From Candidatus Woesearchaeota archaeon (GTDB lineage Archaea; Nanobdellota; Nanobdellia; Woesearchaeales; JABIAG01), in NCBI GenBank assembly GCA_018653365.1, contig JABIAG010000001.1, positions 64,001 through 128,000 of the forward strand: a stretch of DNA of 64,000 bases, given 5' to 3'. The position numbers and the translations under genes are program-made. Each line of letters begins with the position of its first letter. The first letter of the stretch is position 1. Below the pieces are notes generated by a model that searched no databases, was not told where the DNA came from, and was given only the letters and a program-made list of their open reading frames with translations. Of this stretch, positions 58,530 through 64,000 are shown piece after piece.

Positions 58530-59214
58530 TGACGCAATAAAAACAGACAAGATGAAGTATACCGCAGTCTTCGCAATAACAACACTAATATTTGTAATAG
58601 GCTTTCTTTTAGGAAGTTATGCATCTGGAGTTAAAGCAGATAAACTTAACATGTTAGAACAAGAATTCAGATCAGATATAATGGCACTAGAACTCCAATA
58701 TGAAATAATAAAAGAAAATCCGTGTGACTCAATTTCTGTTGCAGGTCTTAATGAACAACTTTATGTGTTGGGCGCAAAATTAACCCACTTGGAAAATGCA
58801 GAAGGGGAAAATCCTCAAACAATAAATCATCTAAAAAGTTATTACTCAATTTTACAAATACGTCATTGGTTAATTACTCGAAAAATAACAATATCTTGCG
58901 ATACCCCTTTTAAAACCGCACTTTACTTTTATTCTAATAAAAACTGTGATAATTGTGATAAACAAGGATATGTATTAACTTTTTTACGAAGAAAATATCC
59001 ACAAATAAGAACTTACACGTTTGATGTAGATGTGAATAATGTGGCATTAGATTCGCTTAAGGAACTATATGGAATAGAAAATGAAGAGGTGCTACCCATT
59101 TTAATTATAGATGGGGATGTTCATTATGGATTTAAAGATTCTGACGAATTAGTTAAAATAATGGACTTAGATATCTCGGTAAATGTAAGTACGACTAACC
59201 TATCAAATACTTAA
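58522..59214 (+). CDS. Membrane-anchored thioredoxin-fold protein
   Basis: N-terminal TM; YFYS..CDNC...QG.VL; LP.LII cis-Pro motif. Confidence 0.75.
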   Translation: MNDDAIKTDKMKYTAVFAITTLIFVIGFLLGSYASGVKADKLNMLEQEFRSDIMALELQYEIIKENPCDSISVAGLNEQLYVLGAKLTHLENAEGENPQTINHLKSYYSILQIRHWLITRKITISCDTPFKTALYFYSNKNCDNCDKQGYVLTFLRRKYPQIRTYTFDVDVNNVALDSLKELYGIENEEVLPILIIDGDVHYGFKDSDELVKIMDLDISVNVSTTNLSNT

Positions 59215-59298
59215 GCAATTATATTAATTGAGAAATTAATCAAAACTAGAGAATTAAGTTCAAATATCTTTTTAAAACAAGTTTAGTTCTTATATTAT

Positions 59299-60594
59299 AT
59301 GAAGAAATGGATCTTTCTTTTGATTTTTGTAATATTTCAAATAATTATAATTTTTAATACCCCGTTAGTTAGCTGGGACGAATCAGTATATCTTGGAATG
59401 GGCAAGTTTATCTATTCTAATGGTACTGTGGGGCTGTTTGAATCATTTAGACCAACTATGTTACCCTTATTATCTGGAATGGGTTGGAAACTGGGGTTAA
59501 ATACAGTTACTTTTGGAAGAAGCTTAGCACTAATTTTCAGTGTTGCAAATTTAGTTGCTTTTTACTTTGTTAGTAAACAATTCTTTAAAAAAAGAATGGC
59601 AATGTTGGCAAGTCTACTATTAGCAATCATGCCAACATACTTTATTTATACAACTCAGGTATTTACAGGCATAATTGCAAGCTTCTTCGTACTATTAGCA
59701 TTTTATTTCTATTTGAAACGAAAATATTATTGGATGAGTGTTTTTGCAGGAATTGCAACAATAACACGATTCCCTGCAGGAATGTTTTTTGTACTGTTTC
59801 TTATTTTCATGATAGTTAAAAAAGAGAAATTGGCAGTTTTGACTAAATCAATCCTATGTTTTTTAGTATTTATTTCCCCATATTTTATCATCAATTATTT
59901 ATTCGGAAATGGATTGCTATCTCCAGTGTTATCTGCACTAATACACCAAAATAATTATGTGTTTCAACAAGATTTTGGATTTTACATAAAAGAGATGATA
60001 ATGCAAGCCTTATTCTTGATATTTACCTTACCTGGCATTTACTATGTTATAAAAAATAAAAAATGGGATTTATTGCTCTTATTCTTAGTGCCATTAATCT
60101 ATTTTACATACATTGTGAATAAACAAGCAAGATTCATGAACTTATTCCTCCCTTTTGTTATCTTAGTTGCAGTTTATGGATTTTATGAATTATTAAAAAA
60201 TCTCAAAAAAAGTAAAGTAAACACTTTTGCATTATTAGCATTTTTATTAATATCAATGATTCTTTCAATTTCCGTGATTGTAAACGATCTAAAGTTGGAT
60301 ACTAGTATAGAAGAGTTTAAGATTGATTTTGAGGGGACAATTCTTACAACAGACCCAATATTTAGCGCATACAATGATAATAAATTCCTTCCACTTTATT
60401 TTGATATTAGTTCAGGAAACAACGCCTTAAACTTTTTTGAGGATGATGCAGAACTAATAATATACTCTGATGTTTATCCTTGTGAGGTTTATGAAAATTC
60501 TCTCGAGTGCGAACAATTGAAAAACAAATTAGAAAAAAATATATTTGCCAAGAAGTTAGTGAAAGAAACAATACACTACAAATTCTTTAAGTAG
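59299..60594 (+). CDS. ArnT/PMT-family (GT39/GT83-like) glycosyltransferase
   Basis: WDESVY first-loop motif, RP..LP, multiple TMs, KQARF. Confidence 0.85.
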   Translation: MKKWIFLLIFVIFQIIIIFNTPLVSWDESVYLGMGKFIYSNGTVGLFESFRPTMLPLLSGMGWKLGLNTVTFGRSLALIFSVANLVAFYFVSKQFFKKRMAMLASLLLAIMPTYFIYTTQVFTGIIASFFVLLAFYFYLKRKYYWMSVFAGIATITRFPAGMFFVLFLIFMIVKKEKLAVLTKSILCFLVFISPYFIINYLFGNGLLSPVLSALIHQNNYVFQQDFGFYIKEMIMQALFLIFTLPGIYYVIKNKKWDLLLLFLVPLIYFTYIVNKQARFMNLFLPFVILVAVYGFYELLKNLKKSKVNTFALLAFLLISMILSISVIVNDLKLDTSIEEFKIDFEGTILTTDPIFSAYNDNKFLPLYFDISSGNNALNFFEDDAELIIYSDVYPCEVYENSLECEQLKNKLEKNIFAKKLVKETIHYKFFK

Positions 60595-60647
60595 AATAAC
60601 AAGAAAAATAACTTAACTTTTTTATACTAGAACATATATTTCTGATT

Positions 60648-61655
60648 ATGGTGTTAACAAAACTCAAAGCCCTTATAATTGGATACGCCCCAAAAGATAG
60701 AAATTATGCTGGGGCCATGAAAAAAATAAATGCTGCACACAGTTTAATAAAAACAAATAAAACATTAGATGCTGCTAAAAAATTAGGAATTAAAGAACGC
60801 ACACAAAAAATATTTAACAAAAAAGAATTAAATCAAATACTAAAAATAATTCTTGCTACGGGATTTGATAATGTTGTCAAAACTTCAAAAAATTTTGACT
60901 GGGTCTTCAAAAGAAAAGTCAAATCCTCGGATAGTATAAAACAAGCTAAAACAAAATCAATAATTCTAAAAGGAATAAAGAAAATGAAAGCAAGCAATGA
61001 CCCTGCACATGATTTTTCTCACATAATGAGATGTTTGCGATTTTCAGAATTTATGTTAAATAATACTCGATTAGAACTAGATTGGGGCGTTTTAGTAACA
61101 GCAATAGTTTGGCATGACATAGCAAGGGTTGATAATCAAGGAATTTTATACCAAAAACGATTCCGATGGTTTAGAAAAACACCTGTAATTAGAGATTTAA
61201 GCCTGTTTGGGATTTACATACGCGATGCATATGAAAGCGTGTTAATAGTACATAAAGAATTCAAAAAAGAAAAACTGGATAAAAAGTTCATAAAGTCAGT
61301 TAGTCATGCAATATATGGATCAGATAATAAATTCTTATTTTATGACAAATACGCTTTTAAGAAAAAATATCAAAGATTTATTGCAGATTTAGATAATTTA
61401 GACATGGTAACAATTGCAAGATGGGAAGATCTAAACCGAAACGTGTTAGATAAAAAAATATGCGATAAACATTTTTTAAATAGAGTCGCATTACTGAATT
61501 TTATCTTTAATGTAAGAAGAGTAGAAAGAAAACTAAATTATAACATATCAAAACAACTTATACAGGTAATAAAAGAGTCAACATTACTGCATTTTGAAGA
61601 GTTTTATAAAACTGATTTAAAGTTTATAATAAAAGCGTTAAATAAAAGTAAATAA
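60648..61655 (+). CDS. HD-domain protein
   Basis: AHDFSHIMRC...IVWHDIAR...DLDNLD. Confidence 0.8.
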   Translation: MVLTKLKALIIGYAPKDRNYAGAMKKINAAHSLIKTNKTLDAAKKLGIKERTQKIFNKKELNQILKIILATGFDNVVKTSKNFDWVFKRKVKSSDSIKQAKTKSIILKGIKKMKASNDPAHDFSHIMRCLRFSEFMLNNTRLELDWGVLVTAIVWHDIARVDNQGILYQKRFRWFRKTPVIRDLSLFGIYIRDAYESVLIVHKEFKKEKLDKKFIKSVSHAIYGSDNKFLFYDKYAFKKKYQRFIADLDNLDMVTIARWEDLNRNVLDKKICDKHFLNRVALLNFIFNVRRVERKLNYNISKQLIQVIKESTLLHFEEFYKTDLKFIIKALNKSK

Positions 61656-61702
61656 ATAAAATAACCACTACATTTTTAAAACAAAGTTTATTCTTTTTGA
61701 TC

Positions 61703-63448
61703 ATGTTAAGAAAACCAATCGTAACAGTGGTGGGACATGTAGACCACGGAAAAACAACCCTTCTAGATTCAATTAGACAAACCACTGTAACCGAGGGCGA
61801 AGCAGGAAAAATAACACAAGCAATTGGTGCATCAATCATACCGGTAGAAACCATACAACGTGTTTGTGGAAACTTAATGAAAGAAGAACTAAAATTACCT
61901 GGACTTCTCTTCATAGATACTCCGGGGCACGCAGCGTTCTCAACTTTAAGAAAAAGAGGGGGAAGTTTAGCAGATATAGCAATCGTAGTAGTAGACCTAA
62001 ATGAGGGATTCATGCCCCAAACAGAAGAAGCAATAGACATACTTAAAAAATCAAAAACTCCCTTTTTAATCGCAGCAAATAAAATGGACTTAATACAGGG
62101 CTGGGAGAAAAAAGAGGGAACAATTCTAACTGAAATTAACTCACAACACCCAAAAGTACAACAACAATTAGAAACAAAAATGTACGAATTAGTTGGAAAA
62201 TTACACGAAAAGTTTGAATTAAACGCAGATCGATTTGACAGAGTACAAGACTACACATCACAAATAGCAATCGTACCTATTTCTGCATTCACACAAGAAG
62301 GATTGCCCGAAGTACTAATGGTACTTATTGGCCTGGTACAAAAATATTTAGAAAAGTGTTTAGAATGCGATGTTACTGGAAATGCAAAAGGAACCATCCT
62401 TGAAGTAAAAGAACAAAAAGGAGTGGGAAAAGTATTAGATGTAATAATCTATGATGGTTCGTTAAGACCTGGTGATCCAATAACCATAGCAGGACTGAAT
62501 GGGCCCATTTCTACAAAAATAAGAGGGTTGTTTGAACCAGCACCCCACTCGGAAATGATGGAAAAAAAAGCAAAATACAAATCAGTTAAAGAGGTATTAG
62601 CAGCAACAGGTGTGAGAATCTTAGCACCAAATGTTGATGATGTAATAGCAGGAATGCCAATAGTATCCTGCAGAGATAGCGAAGCTAAAGTTTGTGAAGT
62701 AGACGTACAAGAACAACTAAATGAGGTGTTAATCACATCAGATTCTGAAGGAATCATAATTAAGGCAGATACGCTGGGGAGCCTAGAAGCACTAATCAGT
62801 TTAGTTAAAGACAAAGAAATACCCATAAGAAAAGCAACACTTGGCGAAATAAATAAAAAAGACCTAGCAGACGCAGAATCAAGTTATGAAAAAGACAAAC
62901 TCAAATCAGTAATTTTAGCATTTAATGTCGAAGGAGAAGAATCCACAGACAAAGTAAAAGTAATACGATCAAACGTAATCTATAAAGTAATAGAAGAATA
63001 CGAACTCTGGACTGCAGAAATGAGAAAAGACGAAGAAGAAAAAGAACTGGGAGAACTGATTAAACCTTGTAAAATAGAAATAATGAAAGGTTACGTATTT
63101 CGACAATCCAACCCTGCAATTTGTGGAGTTTCAGTAGAAGAGGGAGAAATAAAAACACAAATGCCCCTTATGAACAAACAAGGAAAAGATATTACTGTAG
63201 TTAAAGCATTACAAGAAGAACAAGAAAACATTTCAGTTGCAATTAAAGGCAAACAAGTAGCTTGTTCAATGGGTGGTGTGACAGTAGGAAGACAGGTAAA
63301 TGAGGGAGATACATTGTATAGTTCCATTCCTGAAGAGGACTTTAGAAAACTAAAAGAACTAAAACACTTACTGGCAAAAGAAGAATTAGCAGTACTAAAA
63401 GAAATCGCATTAATCAAACGAGAAATAAACCCAATGTGGGGAGTATGA
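61703..63448 (+). CDS. infB: Translation initiation factor aIF5B/IF-2
   Basis: LRKPIVTVVGHVDHGKTTLLD, ITQAIGA, DTPGH, NKMD. Confidence 0.97.
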   Translation: MLRKPIVTVVGHVDHGKTTLLDSIRQTTVTEGEAGKITQAIGASIIPVETIQRVCGNLMKEELKLPGLLFIDTPGHAAFSTLRKRGGSLADIAIVVVDLNEGFMPQTEEAIDILKKSKTPFLIAANKMDLIQGWEKKEGTILTEINSQHPKVQQQLETKMYELVGKLHEKFELNADRFDRVQDYTSQIAIVPISAFTQEGLPEVLMVLIGLVQKYLEKCLECDVTGNAKGTILEVKEQKGVGKVLDVIIYDGSLRPGDPITIAGLNGPISTKIRGLFEPAPHSEMMEKKAKYKSVKEVLAATGVRILAPNVDDVIAGMPIVSCRDSEAKVCEVDVQEQLNEVLITSDSEGIIIKADTLGSLEALISLVKDKEIPIRKATLGEINKKDLADAESSYEKDKLKSVILAFNVEGEESTDKVKVIRSNVIYKVIEEYELWTAEMRKDEEEKELGELIKPCKIEIMKGYVFRQSNPAICGVSVEEGEIKTQMPLMNKQGKDITVVKALQEEQENISVAIKGKQVACSMGGVTVGRQVNEGDTLYSSIPEEDFRKLKELKHLLAKEELAVLKEIALIKREINPMWGV

Positions 63449-63454
63449 TTGTTA

Positions 63455-63997
63455 TTACATGGTTTTTTGTTCTCTAACTAATAAATGATCTTTATCTACC
63501 GGAATTGTTAATGGAAGCCAATCCCAATCTAAGTTTTTTTCAAAGACATCTCTTTTCATAAATACTGCATAATTAGCAAGATACACTCCGCCACGTTCAT
63601 TTAGCGAAATTCTTTCATAACCCGCTCTTTCTTCATCTGAAACAACTACATCAAGTCTCGCACAACCCCTATCTGAGTTTAATATTTCATCAGACGTAGA
63701 AAAAGTACAGGTATCATAAATCGAACAACCTTCTGGACACGTTTCTGTTCTAGCACACATTGGGTTGGGGAGTATGAATTCATCGCCTCTTTTGAAATAA
63801 GCAAGGGCGGAACTTACAAAAGAATGATATCTGGCCTCTTGAAAATTTGTTTCCCAATCATCTAATCCCCATACTTGTTTTAATGCACTAATGGATCTTT
63901 TGGACAGGTTGTTAAAACAATAAACATAACCAAACTGTCCCCCAGAATCCATTTTAGTAATTGGAAGGTTAAATTTAAAAACATCTGTGAAACCCAA
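63455..63997 (-). CDS. Hypothetical protein, probably 5'-truncated by the window edge
   Basis: Frame is open to base 64000; contains a small Cys cluster. Confidence 0.55.
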   Translation of the reverse strand: MGFTDVFKFNLPITKMDSGGQFGYVYCFNNLSKRSISALKQVWGLDDWETNFQEARYHSFVSSALAYFKRGDEFILPNPMCARTETCPEGCSIYDTCTFSTSDEILNSDRGCARLDVVVSDEERAGYERISLNERGGVYLANYAVFMKRDVFEKNLDWDWLPLTIPVDKDHLLVREQKTM

Positions 63998-64000
63998 ACA

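Noticed and set aside
1-64000. tRNA, rRNA, IS elements
   Set aside because: No cloverleaf, rRNA-like GC-rich tract, transposase or terminal inverted repeats seen by eye; tRNAscan-SE and Infernal would be decisive.

Overview
AT-rich archaeal DNA, most likely a DPANN archaeon of the Woesearchaeota/Pacearchaeota type. This rests on RadA, RadB, RPA, archaeal uS2, aIF5B, a stand-alone TRAM protein, TATA boxes about 25-30 nt before start codons and many class III signal peptides. About 45 kb of the 64 kb encodes two cell-surface loci. (1) 2-32215 (+): a giant (>6,077 aa, 5'-truncated) membrane-anchored Ig-repeat protein, translationally coupled to 18 consecutive membrane-protein genes. Sixteen of these carry type IV pilin-like class III signal peptides, and two of the 18 are mini-genes the ORF track missed. 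Their cargo includes defensin-like Cys knots, a Gly-rich hydrophobic hairpin, a degenerate Amidase_3-like domain and an FN3 domain. (2) 39290-52283 (-): a 13 kb operon led by an unannotated 47-aa ribbon-helix-helix protein. It encodes secreted collagen/phage-tail-fibre/YadA-like fibres with C-type-lectin-like tips, a small anchor protein resembling the giant's C-terminus, and a pilin-like PKD/CWB2 protein. Together they look like a host-attachment apparatus, with weak hints of bacterial cell-wall recognition. The rest is DNA repair (rpa, radA, radB, a small PC4-like candidate), a glycosylation cluster, rps2 and infB. Non-coding signals: three TATA-like 11-mers exactly 67 bp apart before the putative major pilins, a 15-bp palindrome upstream of the radA unit, and a structured rps2 leader containing a coupled 14-codon uORF. 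No rRNA, tRNA, CRISPR array, transposase or reverse transcriptase was seen. All domain calls are by eye, without database searches.
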